Source: Candidatus Microgenomates bacterium
GTDB taxonomy: Bacteria; Patescibacteriota; Microgenomatia; UBA8517
NCBI GenBank assembly: GCA_049519355.1
Contig: JBEKQV010000001.1
Span: 150,408-214,407 of the forward strand
Direction: 5' to 3'
Length of the DNA: 64,000 nt
Part shown: piece after piece, positions 1 to 9,322 of the stretch
Numbering within the stretch: the stretch's first letter is position 1
How the letters are laid out: every line of letters begins with the position of its first letter
Position numbers and translations under genes: made by a program
Notes under the pieces: model-generated
What the model was told of the DNA's origin: nothing
What the model saw: the letters and a program-made list of their open reading frames with translations, nothing else
Database searches by the model: none

Positions 1-216
1 TTCCTCCAAGTAATCTATTCTTTTGACAATCTCCTTTATTTCTTTTGAAGTTACATCCCCTTGAGCCAAAACTTTTTCCAAAACCTTCTTAAGGTCAGTC
101 ACTTCAACCCCCTTGGTCAGTTTATTAAAAAGAGCAACCAAGCGAAATAAAAATACACTTATCGCCAAAAGCCAAATTCCGAAAATTAAAAAAACAATAA
201 ATACTAAATTTTGCAT
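1..216 (-). CDS. Hypothetical membrane-anchored protein, N-terminal 72 aa only (gene runs off window start)
   Basis: ATG at 216-214 on minus strand, open in frame to position 1. N-terminus MQNLVFIVFLIFGIWLLAISVFLF is a predicted TM helix followed by a charged helical region. AT-rich third codon positions. No clear SD. Confidence 0.35.
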   Translation of the reverse strand, partial: MQNLVFIVFLIFGIWLLAISVFLFRLVALFNKLTKGVEVTDLKKVLEKVLAQGDVTSKEIKEIVKRIDYLEE

Positions 217-629
217 CCGGTTCTTGGCAGGCTCAGTCATTTTTACATCTTGAAAAGTAAGTGTCAAGGAGATATAGAAAGATGTATGGCCGCATACCGG
301 ACAAGAAAAAGCAAAGAAAATCCTCATTACGGTTTCTTGGTTTCATGGGAGCCTAAAGACGCTTCTCAGGCTCGTGTCAAGAGGGAATCGAATTCAGACA
401 AGATTGTGGGTTCAGCCACACTCACGCACGGCAAAAGAGCCGAATCTTTGGCACAAGGTGAGCTTGGCTCAGTAAATAAAAAGAATATATATAGAAGCCT
501 CATCTTGGTTGGCCTCATTCTAATCCTGGAGCTAGTGGTATACTTAGCCTGGAACAAGTTCATTTTAAGGTGAACACGTTCGCAATAGATTTAAGTGTTC
601 TGTCCTAGGGAAGGGAGGTGAAAGTATTT

Positions 630-767
630 ATGATGTATTGTGTAAAGTGCCGCGCGAAAAGAGAAGGTAAAGATGCTCAAGAAGTTACCATGAAGAATGG
701 TAAGAAAGCTACAAAAGCAGTTTGTGAAGTTTGTGGCACAACAATGTTCAAAATCGGAGGCAAATAA
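630..767 (+). CDS. Small zinc-ribbon protein (45 aa, CxxC...CxxC)
   Basis: ATGATG start preceded by AAGGGAGGTG Shine-Dalgarno at 611-620. Product MMYCVKCRAKREGKDAQEVTMKNGKKATKAVCEVCGTTMFKIGGK has two CxxC pairs. Followed by a hairpin plus T-run. Below the ORF-track size cutoff. Confidence 0.5.
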   Translation: MMYCVKCRAKREGKDAQEVTMKNGKKATKAVCEVCGTTMFKIGGK

Positions 768-796
768 CTTTCGACATTTGAACTTTTAAAGCAAAA

Positions 797-828
797 GGGC
801 ACCGGCATGACCGGCCCCTTTTGTGTTC
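797..828 (+). terminator. Rho-independent terminator after the zinc-ribbon ORF
   Basis: GC hairpin GGGcaCCGG-catga-CCGGcCCC followed by CTTTTGTGTT. Confidence 0.4.
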
Positions 829-838
829 CCCAAGTAAA

Positions 839-1426
839 ATGAAAAATTACTCCAAAGTATTTGATACATTCAAAAGAAATTATGTTGCCATTCCCCTTGA
901 GGTTTTTGGGTCAGATCCATACAAAACTTTAGTTTCCACGATTATGTCCGCACGAACGAATGACGATACTACATTAAAAGCTGCAACTAGGTTGTTTGAA
1001 AAAGCATCTGACCTACAAAGTTTAGGTAAATTGAGTGAATTAGAAATCAGAAATTTAATTTACCCTGTGGGTTTTTACAAAACTAAGGCAAAACATATCC
1101 AAGAATTATCAAAAATGATTACAAAAGTTCCCAATACCCGGGAAAAATTAATGGAACTTCCCGGAGTCGGCAGAAAAACTGCAAACTTGGTTCTTAACCG
1201 TGCTTTCAAAATTCCTGCAATCGCGGTCGATACCCATGTCCATAAAATTTCAAATATCTTAGGCTGGGTTCATACCAAAACTCCCGAACAAACGGAAAAA
1301 GAGTTGGTTAAGATAATACCCAAAAAATACTGGCCGGAAATGAATAAGCTTTTTGTTTCAATTGGCCGACAATTCACTTCGAAGAAAAAATTAGAAGAGT
1401 TCCTTAAAGAAAAAGGATTAATCTAA
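839..1426 (+). CDS. HhH-GPD family DNA glycosylase (endonuclease III-like) without the Fe-S cluster cysteines
   Basis: Helix-hairpin-helix motif LPGVGRKTANLVL followed by the catalytic-Asp region AVDTHVHKIS. The C-terminus lacks the Cx6Cx2Cx5C cluster. ATG at 839 is preferred over the TTG at 821. Confidence 0.8.
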   Translation: MKNYSKVFDTFKRNYVAIPLEVFGSDPYKTLVSTIMSARTNDDTTLKAATRLFEKASDLQSLGKLSELEIRNLIYPVGFYKTKAKHIQELSKMITKVPNTREKLMELPGVGRKTANLVLNRAFKIPAIAVDTHVHKISNILGWVHTKTPEQTEKELVKIIPKKYWPEMNKLFVSIGRQFTSKKKLEEFLKEKGLI

Positions 1427-1866
1427 TCCGAATATATTATTGTCACGGGGCCATCAAGGACTGCTTCAATTTTCATATAATCCCCAAAACTCCCGGTTTC
1501 GACATTGATTCCTGTTTCTCTCAACTCGGTTATAAAAAGTTTATATAGCTTCCTCGCTTTCTCGGGATCCTCCGCATTTATAAAACTTGGACGGTTTCCT
1601 CCTGATGTATCCGCGTGAAGTGTAAACTGGGAAACAACCAAAAAACTTCCCTCCACATCCTTAACCGCCAAGTTCATCTTACCGGCTTTGTCGCTCATCA
1701 CACGAAGTTTGGAAAGCTTTTGGACGAGTACTTTAACTTCTTTTTCCGAATCTCCTTTTTTTATTCCAACTAAAACAAAAAGGCCAATTCCAACCTCCCC
1801 TAATAGCTTGCGGCCTTTAACGGAAACAACTTTTGCCTTTTCTACTCTTTGAACAATTAGTTTCAT
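1423..1866 (-). CDS. dtd: D-aminoacyl-tRNA deacylase
   Basis: 147 aa with the SQFTL motif and C-terminal GPVT motif typical of Dtd. Confidence 0.9.
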   Translation of the reverse strand: MKLIVQRVEKAKVVSVKGRKLLGEVGIGLFVLVGIKKGDSEKEVKVLVQKLSKLRVMSDKAGKMNLAVKDVEGSFLVVSQFTLHADTSGGNRPSFINAEDPEKARKLYKLFITELRETGINVETGSFGDYMKIEAVLDGPVTIIYSD

Positions 1867-4239
1867 TTAGTCAAATTTTCCTTTATTAAGAAAGAACATC
1901 CCCATCTCAACAACCACTAAATATGTCACCGTAATTCCGATTAGAAAACCGAAATAGAGCAAAGGAAGGTGCGCAAAACTAAAGTAAACCGCAAAAGGAC
2001 TAAAAGGCAAATACAACGCTATCGCCACAACTGCCAAACAAGTTAGCAAAAACGGCAAACTGGGCTTGCTTCTCCAAAAAGGAATCTTTCTGGTCCTTAT
2101 CACAAACACAACCAACACCTGGGTAATAAATGATGTCACAAACCAACCCGTCTGGAAGAAACTACCTCGTGCATGAAATACAAAATACATCACGGCAAAG
2201 GTAAGAAGATCATATAGAGTTCCTATCAAACCAAAAAGAATCATAAAGCGCTTGATATAATCCAGGTCCCAGTTTTTAGGACGAAGAATTTGGTCCGGAT
2301 CGACACTGTCAGTCGGAATCGAAGTTTGAGAAACATCATACAAAATATTGTTCAATAAAATTTGCACCGGGGTCATTGGCAAAAAAGGAAGAATTATAGA
2401 TCCTATTGCAGCGCTAACCATATTTCCAAAGTCGCTACTCGTACCCATCAAAATATATTTGATTGTATTCTGAAAGGTAACTCTCCCCTCATGAATTCCG
2501 TCGGCAATAACTCCAAGACTCTTTCTGAGAAGAACAACAGAGGCAGCGTCCTTGGCAACATCAACTCCGGTATTTACCGAAATTCCAACGTCGGCAATAT
2601 GAAGAGCCGGACTATCATTAACTCCGTCACCTAAATATCCAATTGTATGACCGCCTTTTTTCAGCGCCTGAATTATTCTCGTCTTTTGTGAAGGAGTAAT
2701 CCTGGCAAAAATATCAGTCCCCCAAACTTCTTTTTCCAGTTCACTGTCATTCAATTTTTCTATCTCCGGATTTGTCAAAACTTTTTTGTATTTAAATCCG
2801 ACGTCTCTGGAGATTTTCTCGGCAACAATTTCGTTATCACCCGTCACAATTTTTATAACCACTCCCAGATTTTCAAACTTCCTGAAATCTTCAGCCAAAT
2901 CCTTCTTGGGAACATCGGCAAAACTCATAAATCCCTCAAACCTTAATTCCCTAAATTCACTTTTAACAAGTTTTATGTTGAAATCTTTAAGTTCTTTTGA
3001 GGCAATTGCTATAACTCTAAGTCCTTGTTGTTGCAAATTGGTTGCAATCTTATCTAATTTTCTCTTTGTATCTTCACTTTCTTTCAAACGAGAAATAATC
3101 GCCTCAGGAGAACCTTTGCAAATCAAAATATCTTTACCTTTTTCCGATACGGCTATTGACATAAACCTGTTCTCATAATTAAATGGCATTTCGTAAATCT
3201 TTCTTGGTTTTTCGGAAAGCTGCATATTTTTTGTTTCTGCGAAAGTTACTATTGCCTTATCAATTGAATCCGCAGCGACATGACCGTGAGTAAAACCTGA
3301 ATTACATATAAGTCCGAGTTTTAATATCTCAGGATCTTCTTTCCCTGACGCATTCTGATAGGAACTAAGAGATATCTTTCCTTCAGTCAGAGTTCCTGTT
3401 TTATCAGTACAGAGAACTTCCATATTTCCAAGGTCTTCGATTGAAACAAATTGCTTAACAATTATTTCTTTTTTCGCAAGCTTCTTTGAACCATAGGATA
3501 GAGAAAGCGTTACGATTAGCGGAAGAAGTTCGGGCGTAATTCCCATTGCTACCGTTAACGCAAAAAGAATTGTTTCTACAATCGGATGATGCAAAAACCA
3601 TCCCAACACGATAACGATAACAACTGTAACCGCAGCTATTCTTGCAAGAAGAAGGCTAAAATCTTTAAGGCCTTTTTGGAATTCTGTTAATGGTTTAACC
3701 TTTGCCGCAAGTTCCGAGATTTTTCCGTATTTAGTGTCTGTCCCGATGGCAATTACGGTTCCGTGGGCATTTCCGCCGGTTACGACTGTTCCCATATAAA
3801 CCTCATCACCGTCAATTTTTGCCAATGGCAGGGATTCACCTGTAAGAATTGATTCGTTTACTTCAAGATTTTCTGATGAAATCAAACGGATATCGGCAGG
3901 AATTATTGATCCAGGATGAACGTGGACCTCATCCCCCACGCGTATTTCGGCTACGGGTAATATTTCTTTAACTCCATTTCTGACAACATGTACTGTAAAC
4001 GAAATTCTTTTAATTAAATCACTAACTATTTTTTCCGCCTGATACTCATTCACAAAACCCAAAATTATAGATATCGCCATAACAATCCAGATGGCATGGG
4101 CTTCGGCCTTTTGACCGAGAGCAAATGCCACAACTGTGGAAATCAGGAAAACTAAAAGCAGCGGGTTTTTAAATTGCCGTAAGAAGACTATCCAAGCACT
4201 AAATTTTTGTCTTTTTATCTCATTCGTTTCGGCAGCCAT
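1867..4239 (-). CDS. P-type cation-transporting ATPase (MgtA / Ca2+-ATPase-like, P2/P3 type)
   Basis: 790 aa with the CTDKTGTLT phosphorylation motif, TGDN and GDGVNDSPAL motifs, and about 10 TM segments. Confidence 0.85.
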   Translation of the reverse strand: MAAETNEIKRQKFSAWIVFLRQFKNPLLLVFLISTVVAFALGQKAEAHAIWIVMAISIILGFVNEYQAEKIVSDLIKRISFTVHVVRNGVKEILPVAEIRVGDEVHVHPGSIIPADIRLISSENLEVNESILTGESLPLAKIDGDEVYMGTVVTGGNAHGTVIAIGTDTKYGKISELAAKVKPLTEFQKGLKDFSLLLARIAAVTVVIVIVLGWFLHHPIVETILFALTVAMGITPELLPLIVTLSLSYGSKKLAKKEIIVKQFVSIEDLGNMEVLCTDKTGTLTEGKISLSSYQNASGKEDPEILKLGLICNSGFTHGHVAADSIDKAIVTFAETKNMQLSEKPRKIYEMPFNYENRFMSIAVSEKGKDILICKGSPEAIISRLKESEDTKRKLDKIATNLQQQGLRVIAIASKELKDFNIKLVKSEFRELRFEGFMSFADVPKKDLAEDFRKFENLGVVIKIVTGDNEIVAEKISRDVGFKYKKVLTNPEIEKLNDSELEKEVWGTDIFARITPSQKTRIIQALKKGGHTIGYLGDGVNDSPALHIADVGISVNTGVDVAKDAASVVLLRKSLGVIADGIHEGRVTFQNTIKYILMGTSSDFGNMVSAAIGSIILPFLPMTPVQILLNNILYDVSQTSIPTDSVDPDQILRPKNWDLDYIKRFMILFGLIGTLYDLLTFAVMYFVFHARGSFFQTGWFVTSFITQVLVVFVIRTRKIPFWRSKPSLPFLLTCLAVVAIALYLPFSPFAVYFSFAHLPLLYFGFLIGITVTYLVVVEMGMFFLNKGKFD

Positions 4240-4310
4240 CGCAAGACCATTTTAATCTAATTTCAACTGATACTGAAGTGTCTTAGTAATAAGGAGTTTG
4301 TTATACCAAT

Positions 4311-4337
4311 AAAAAAGCTCACCTTACGGTGAGCTCC
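4311..4337 (-). terminator. Rho-independent terminator of rnpB
   Basis: Minus strand reads GGAGCTCACC-GTAA-GGTGAGCTTTTTT immediately after the RNase P RNA 3' end. Confidence 0.6.
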
Positions 4338-4342
4338 TTTAT

Positions 4343-4660
4343 ACTCTGGAAATTAGTAAGCCAGGTTCTGTTTCTCGATGATCATCCATCTACGCCCTCG
4401 GTCCTCGGGACTCGGGAAAGCGTCCTGATATCGTCCCATTCGGAGGTTGCAGCGGGGAGGATTGCCCCTTTTCACTCGTTTTCCCCAACCTTTAGGGTTA
4501 AGGACTCGACATAGTTTCTGTGGCTCTGTACTGGCCAAACCCAAGGTTACCCTTGAGCCTGTCTCCGGCTTACGCCGGACACCCTGCTTTCTGCTGCCTG
4601 GACTTTCCTCTACGCATGGGCAAGCCCACACGCAGCGATCATCCTTTCTCCAGAGTGAGG
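4343..4660 (-). ncRNA. rnpB: RNase P RNA (bacterial type A), about 318 nt
   Basis: Minus strand contains the P4 5' strand AGAGGAAAGTCCAGGC and the 3' strand ACAGAACCTGGCTTA, with CCAGG/CCTGG covariation relative to E. coli CCGGG/CCCGG. P1 pairs ACTCTGGA with TCCAGAGT and P2 pairs GGATGATC with GATCATC. A P3 hairpin GCGTGTGGGCTTGCCCATGCG is present. The overlapping ORFs 4329..4514, 4353..4631 and 4447..4710 are spurious. Confidence 0.9.
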
Positions 4661-4662
4661 CA

Positions 4663-4671
4663 ATTATAGCA
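4663..4671 (-). promoter_or_regulatory. Extended -10 promoter (TGCTATAAT) for rnpB
   Basis: TGnTATAAT lies 7 nt upstream of the P1 5' end. No good -35 element. Confidence 0.45.
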
Positions 4672-4699
4672 CTTTTTGACCAACTTTTCCGTTTGAAAA

Positions 4700-5683
4700 C
4701 TAATTCTTAATAAAGTATTCCTTCGCCAATACTTGGAGTGTTATTACAAAAGGAATCGAAACAATTACACCCATAATTCCGGCCAGTTTGGCACCAATTG
4801 CAAGTGAAATAAGAACAACCAATGGAGAAACCCCGACGGACTTTTCCATAATTTTAGGTATCAAGACATACCCTTCAAGCTGGTGTACCAGAAACGCAAC
4901 TACGGCAACACCAAACCCGACAAGAGGCGAAATTCCAAAACCGATTAAGATTGCCGGTATGGCAGATACGATCGGTCCTAAAATCGGCACGATTTCCAAT
5001 ATTCCGGCTAAAATCGCAAGTGGCAATGCAAATGGAATTCCGATTAGGAATAGCCCTATATAAGTTCCGAGCCCTATGGAAAACATAAGTATCAGTTGTC
5101 CCCTGGCCCATTTACCAAGCTTTCTTTCCAATATGTCTATGAACCGTCCGATCCTTTCCCTTTTCGCCTCGCCAAATAAGAATCCAAGCTGGTCCTGAAG
5201 TTTGTCTCTAGTCAGGAGCATGTAAAAAGCGAACACCAAAATAGATAAAATAATCAATAAATTAGAAAAAACCGAAAATGTAAAATTCAATACCTGTCCG
5301 GGAACACCACCCAATTGGGTGAGTAAACCCTTAATAATATCGCCGCTTGTTGTTGAATTAATACCGATATTGGAAAGGTAGAAAGGAAGTGCAGTTACAA
5401 AATTTGCGGTTTGTTGTATCAAGGTCGGCACGACCAAAGCAATAACCCCACCAAAAATTCCGATAACAAGAATGTAGGTCAGAAGAACCGATAATGCTCT
5501 GGGGATTTTAATTCTGGTCAATCCCGCAACAAGCGGTTCTAAAATCGTCATAAGGAGAAGGGCAACAAAAAGTTCCAAAATAATTTCGCGGACAAAAAAC
5601 AAAAACCAAAGTCCCAAAAGGAAAAATACTGTAAATATCACAGTCTTATGGGAAATTTCAATCTTGCTTGGCATATTTATCAA
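4700..5683 (-). CDS. AI-2E family transporter (PerM/YdiK, UPF0118)
   Basis: 327 aa polytopic membrane protein. The C-terminal half has the typical AI-2E pattern ...ILEIVPILGPIVSAIPAILIG... Confidence 0.8.
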   Translation of the reverse strand: MINMPSKIEISHKTVIFTVFFLLGLWFLFFVREIILELFVALLLMTILEPLVAGLTRIKIPRALSVLLTYILVIGIFGGVIALVVPTLIQQTANFVTALPFYLSNIGINSTTSGDIIKGLLTQLGGVPGQVLNFTFSVFSNLLIILSILVFAFYMLLTRDKLQDQLGFLFGEAKRERIGRFIDILERKLGKWARGQLILMFSIGLGTYIGLFLIGIPFALPLAILAGILEIVPILGPIVSAIPAILIGFGISPLVGFGVAVVAFLVHQLEGYVLIPKIMEKSVGVSPLVVLISLAIGAKLAGIMGVIVSIPFVITLQVLAKEYFIKN

Positions 5684-5686
5684 CTT

Positions 5687-6661
5687 CTACAATCGTTTCT
5701 CTTTATACCATCTTTCGACCGACTTTTCTACGTTTTCGGGATAATTAAGATCTGTAATGTCAAACCAATGAATTCTTTTATCCTTCTTAAACCAAACCAT
5801 CTGCCGCTTTACATACCTTTTTTCTTCATCCTCCCATTTTCTAATTACACCGCTTTCAGTTTCTTGACCGTCAAAGTAAGATTTCCACTGCCGGTATCCG
5901 ATTGATGACATTGAAGGCATATTCCAATTGACCTGATTTTCCAAAAGACTTTTTATTTCTTTTTTTATACCATCGTTTATCCTTTGAATGACTCTCGTCT
6001 CAATCTTTTTATTAATAACATCTTCCGACGCGGTTAAACCTATTATCAACACATCCAATCCTACCTTCTTTTTTTCAATCTTTTGTTCTTTTTTGACATT
6101 ACCGATTTTCCAGGTTGCCACTTCAATAGCACGAAGTAACCGTCTTGGATTTTTCTTGTCCGAAGCATTCATTTGTCCCGCCTTGATAGTGTCAATTTGT
6201 GCAAGCATATCAAAAAGTTCTTCCGGATTTTTATTTTCGAGATTTTTTCTTAAAGAATTATTTTTAGGAATTGAGGCAGTGGCAATTCCGTCAACCACAC
6301 CTTTTATATAAAGCCCTGTCCCTCCCACCAAAATCGGCATTTTACCTCTTTTGGCAATATCGGATAGAATCCGTTCGGCAAATTTCAAATATTGGGCAAC
6401 GTTAAACTCATGCCTCGGATCGGCTAAATCATATCCCCAAATTTTTACCCCCTCTATTTCGTAAAACCCGAATTTTTTAAACCATGGCAGCTTAATTTTC
6501 GCCCCCTTAGGTAAATCCTTGCCTGTGCCTATGTCGAGCCCTTTGTACACTTGCCTTGAATCGGCAGAAATTATTTCACCATCAATTTTTTTTGCGAGAG
6601 AAATCGCCAATCTGGTTTTTCCCGTCGACGTCGGACCACAAATAACAAGAAGTTTGTTCAT
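5687..6661 (-). CDS. miaA: tRNA dimethylallyltransferase
   Basis: P-loop GPTSTGKT near the N-terminus followed by SADSRQVYKGLDIGT, as in MiaA. Confidence 0.9.
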   Translation of the reverse strand: MNKLLVICGPTSTGKTRLAISLAKKIDGEIISADSRQVYKGLDIGTGKDLPKGAKIKLPWFKKFGFYEIEGVKIWGYDLADPRHEFNVAQYLKFAERILSDIAKRGKMPILVGGTGLYIKGVVDGIATASIPKNNSLRKNLENKNPEELFDMLAQIDTIKAGQMNASDKKNPRRLLRAIEVATWKIGNVKKEQKIEKKKVGLDVLIIGLTASEDVINKKIETRVIQRINDGIKKEIKSLLENQVNWNMPSMSSIGYRQWKSYFDGQETESGVIRKWEDEEKRYVKRQMVWFKKDKRIHWFDITDLNYPENVEKSVERWYKEKRL

Positions 6662-6662
6662 A

Positions 6663-7451
6663 TTAGCTGCTCGCGCTACTATATTTCGTCAACGCATAAT
6701 TCCAGAATTTGAATGAAATAAAAATAGCAATTAGACCAACCAAAAATGCTATCAATACTTCCGGAAGACTGGTTAGCCCCATTATTGCTTTGGCCGGAAG
6801 CGTAATCATAATTCCAACCGGAATTAAGTAAGTCAAAAACGCCTTGAGCGGCTGTTGATAAATATCGATAGGGAGCCTGCCCAAACTTGTTAAGTCTCTA
6901 TAAATCATAACTGTATGATCAACCTCCAGTGTAACTATTGCAAAAGAAAGGACAATAATATGGAAAGCCGTCGCAATCAAAAAACCGTTTGCCAAAAGGA
7001 TAAGGAAAAGTCCGATCTGAACTAAACCGGGGTGCAATAAACTTCCGAAATAAATAGTAAGAATAATTAACGGCGGAATTGTAATAAGGTCAATTACATC
7101 TGCTCCTCCCATAAGAACGCGAAATAGAGCACTAATTGGTTTAACCAAAACCAGGTCAAAATCCCCGTTTATTATCATCGGTCTAAAATTGTAGACTTCC
7201 CGGAACAAAAATTGGGTAATTACATCAATAAGATTGAATGTCAAAAAGAAAAATATTATCTGATTGCTTGAATAACCGGCCAAATTACCGCTACCCACAA
7301 GAAGGAAATATAGAAAACCGAAAAAGAAAATAAATCTAAAAATTTTTCCTATCAAAAATACTGAAAGTGCAAGTTTTTGGCCGATAACTACAGAGAAAGA
7401 ATTCCTGCTCATCATCCACCATATATTGAAATATTTTTTAAATTTTTTCAT
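6663..7451 (-). CDS. ABC-2 family transporter permease
   Basis: 262 aa with 6 predicted TM helices. Sits in an operon with a second permease and an ABC ATPase. Confidence 0.65.
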   Translation of the reverse strand: MKKFKKYFNIWWMMSRNSFSVVIGQKLALSVFLIGKIFRFIFFFGFLYFLLVGSGNLAGYSSNQIIFFFLTFNLIDVITQFLFREVYNFRPMIINGDFDLVLVKPISALFRVLMGGADVIDLITIPPLIILTIYFGSLLHPGLVQIGLFLILLANGFLIATAFHIIVLSFAIVTLEVDHTVMIYRDLTSLGRLPIDIYQQPLKAFLTYLIPVGIMITLPAKAIMGLTSLPEVLIAFLVGLIAIFISFKFWNYALTKYSSASS

Positions 7452-7485
7452 TTCGATTCATAGAGAAACAAACTTCGCTTATACG

Positions 7486-8289
7486 TCATCTCCCAATCGC
7501 CTGATAAACCCTGAGACCTTTTTGCCAAACAAAATTCAGGGTAAACCAAAGTACACCAGTCCAGGCTATGGCAACCATTAATCCTCCAATAAGCGCCGGG
7601 CCGGAGATATTACCCAGATAAACCTCAACCGGAAAATAAATAAGATAAGGAAACGGTGTTGCCAAAACTATTGATTGAAAGATGCCCGGTAAAATATTTA
7701 TGGGAAAAAGAGAACCGGATAGGGATTCAATAATTACAACGGTAACCAAAAAATGGGATCCCCATCCGATTTCAGGGGCCCAAAACGGAATTGAACTAAT
7801 TAGAAAAAGAAGGAAGAAATAAATTAAGATTGCAAGGATAATTGTTGCCGCAAAAGCCAAAAGTGCAACAGGGTTGGTTTGAAAGAAAAATGGAGGCTTC
7901 AAAATAACAAAAAGAACGGAAAACTCAACCGCCGCGAAAATTAAATTTAAGGCTTTACTGGAAATATCTCGTGTGAACCAATATTTAAAATAACTCATAG
8001 GCTTAAGAAGATAATTTGATAGGTCACCCTGTGCAATATCGCTTGACACATCCATCGCCCGGGCGGAAAGAACCAGAGCTCTTACAATCATTATTCCGAA
8101 AACGTAGGTCAGAATTTTAGTTCTGTCATAGCCAAAGATTTGTGTTGTAGGATTTGCAAAAACCGTACTCCAAAGAAAATAAGTCAAAAGAATCTGAAAA
8201 ACATTTCTTACCCTCCACAAAATAAAATTCAGGCGATAGGCAAATTCTTGCTCAAAAGAGATTTTGAAGACACCCCAATACTTTCTCAT
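7486..8289 (-). CDS. ABC-2 family transporter permease
   Basis: 267 aa polytopic membrane protein adjacent to the ABC ATPase. Confidence 0.65.
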   Translation of the reverse strand: MRKYWGVFKISFEQEFAYRLNFILWRVRNVFQILLTYFLWSTVFANPTTQIFGYDRTKILTYVFGIMIVRALVLSARAMDVSSDIAQGDLSNYLLKPMSYFKYWFTRDISSKALNLIFAAVEFSVLFVILKPPFFFQTNPVALLAFAATIILAILIYFFLLFLISSIPFWAPEIGWGSHFLVTVVIIESLSGSLFPINILPGIFQSIVLATPFPYLIYFPVEVYLGNISGPALIGGLMVAIAWTGVLWFTLNFVWQKGLRVYQAIGR

Positions 8290-8297
8290 TTAAACTC

Positions 8298-9284
8298 TCA
8301 CTTTCTAAGACCGCCTTTGAATACTTTACGGATTACATCCTCTATCGGAATTTCTTCTATTGTTAAATCGTCGACCGGAAAATTCTGGAGAAGTTCAGCG
8401 GCCGCAACCGCTGTGGCGGAACGCGGAACCGAAAGAATAACTTCCGGAAATGCCAATTTTTTAACTTTTCCGATTTTTTCCAAATCCGCAATTCCGTCTT
8501 CTTTTGAAAGGGTGGCCTTAATTATCTTTTCCTTGGCAAACTTTTCAACCAGTTCCTCAAGCGCTCCGTCAAAAAGAATTTTGCCTTCGTCTATTACGAT
8601 TACACGGCGGGCGAGATTTACCAAATCGTCCATATTATGAGAAGTCAAAAGGATCGTGGCCGCATACTTCTTGTTATATTCGTAAATAAAATCTCGCATT
8701 TTTTGCTGAGCAACAAGGTCAAGCCCGATAGTTGGTTCATCTAAGAAAAGAACCTTCGGCCTGTATAGTAAAGCTGCAGTTAACTCCATCCGCATTCTCT
8801 GTCCCAGAGAAAGTTTCCTGACGGGAGTGTTCAGAAGTTTACTAAGTTCCAAAAGTTCAACAAGCTCTCTAAGATTTTCTTCGTACTCACGTCTCGGAAT
8901 TTCATAAATTGCTCTGTTTAGCTCAAAAGTTTCTATCGCCGGAAGATCCCACCAAAGTTGATTCTTTTGCCCCATTACAAGGGCAATTTGTTTAAGGAAC
9001 TCAGGTTTTCTTTGCCATGGATCATGTTCTAAAACTTCAACAAAACCACTTGTCGGATAAAGGAGTCCTGAAAGAATCTTAAGGGTAGTTGTTTTCCCGG
9101 CACCATTTGGACCGATAAAACCAACAAGCTCCCCTGGTTGAATTACGAAAGAAACTCCCCTAATTGCGTTAACGGTTTTTTTCTTCGGGGAAAAAAGGGA
9201 TTTAAACGCACCGGAAAGACCCGGTTCTTTTTGATTAATTTCAAAATTTTTTACGAGATTATCAACAATGACAGTCCGATCCAT
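8298..9284 (-). CDS. ABC transporter ATP-binding protein
   Basis: Walker A GPNGAGKTT, signature LSLGQRMR, Walker B LLFLDEP, plus a C-terminal extension of about 90 aa. Confidence 0.9.
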   Translation of the reverse strand: MDRTVIVDNLVKNFEINQKEPGLSGAFKSLFSPKKKTVNAIRGVSFVIQPGELVGFIGPNGAGKTTTLKILSGLLYPTSGFVEVLEHDPWQRKPEFLKQIALVMGQKNQLWWDLPAIETFELNRAIYEIPRREYEENLRELVELLELSKLLNTPVRKLSLGQRMRMELTAALLYRPKVLFLDEPTIGLDLVAQQKMRDFIYEYNKKYAATILLTSHNMDDLVNLARRVIVIDEGKILFDGALEELVEKFAKEKIIKATLSKEDGIADLEKIGKVKKLAFPEVILSVPRSATAVAAAELLQNFPVDDLTIEEIPIEDVIRKVFKGGLRK

Positions 9285-9322
9285 TAACTGAAGTATAACA
9301 CGCTCGAATTTTTAATTTGTAA

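Noticed and set aside
340-440. Possible tmRNA or tRNA-like 3' end (GGGAATCGAATTC and GTGGGTTCAGCCACAC segments)
   Set aside because: I could not build a T-arm plus acceptor stem, and no tag-peptide reading frame ending in AA-stop was found. Treated as unexplained intergenic sequence instead.
211-573. 120-aa plus-strand ORF and 65-aa minus-strand ORF in the first intergenic region
   Set aside because: No SD, no third-position compositional bias, and an implausible amino-acid composition.
4240-4342. Possible Mg2+-sensing leader or M-box upstream of the P-type ATPase
   Set aside because: The gap is about 70 nt after subtracting the rnpB terminator, which is too short for an M-box, and no conserved elements were recognised.
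4329-4710. ORF-track CDS calls 4329..4514(+), 4353..4631(-), 4447..4710(+)
   Set aside because: All three lie entirely within the RNase P RNA gene. Their GC-rich, multi-frame openness is typical of structured RNA and they have no SD, so they are not protein-coding.
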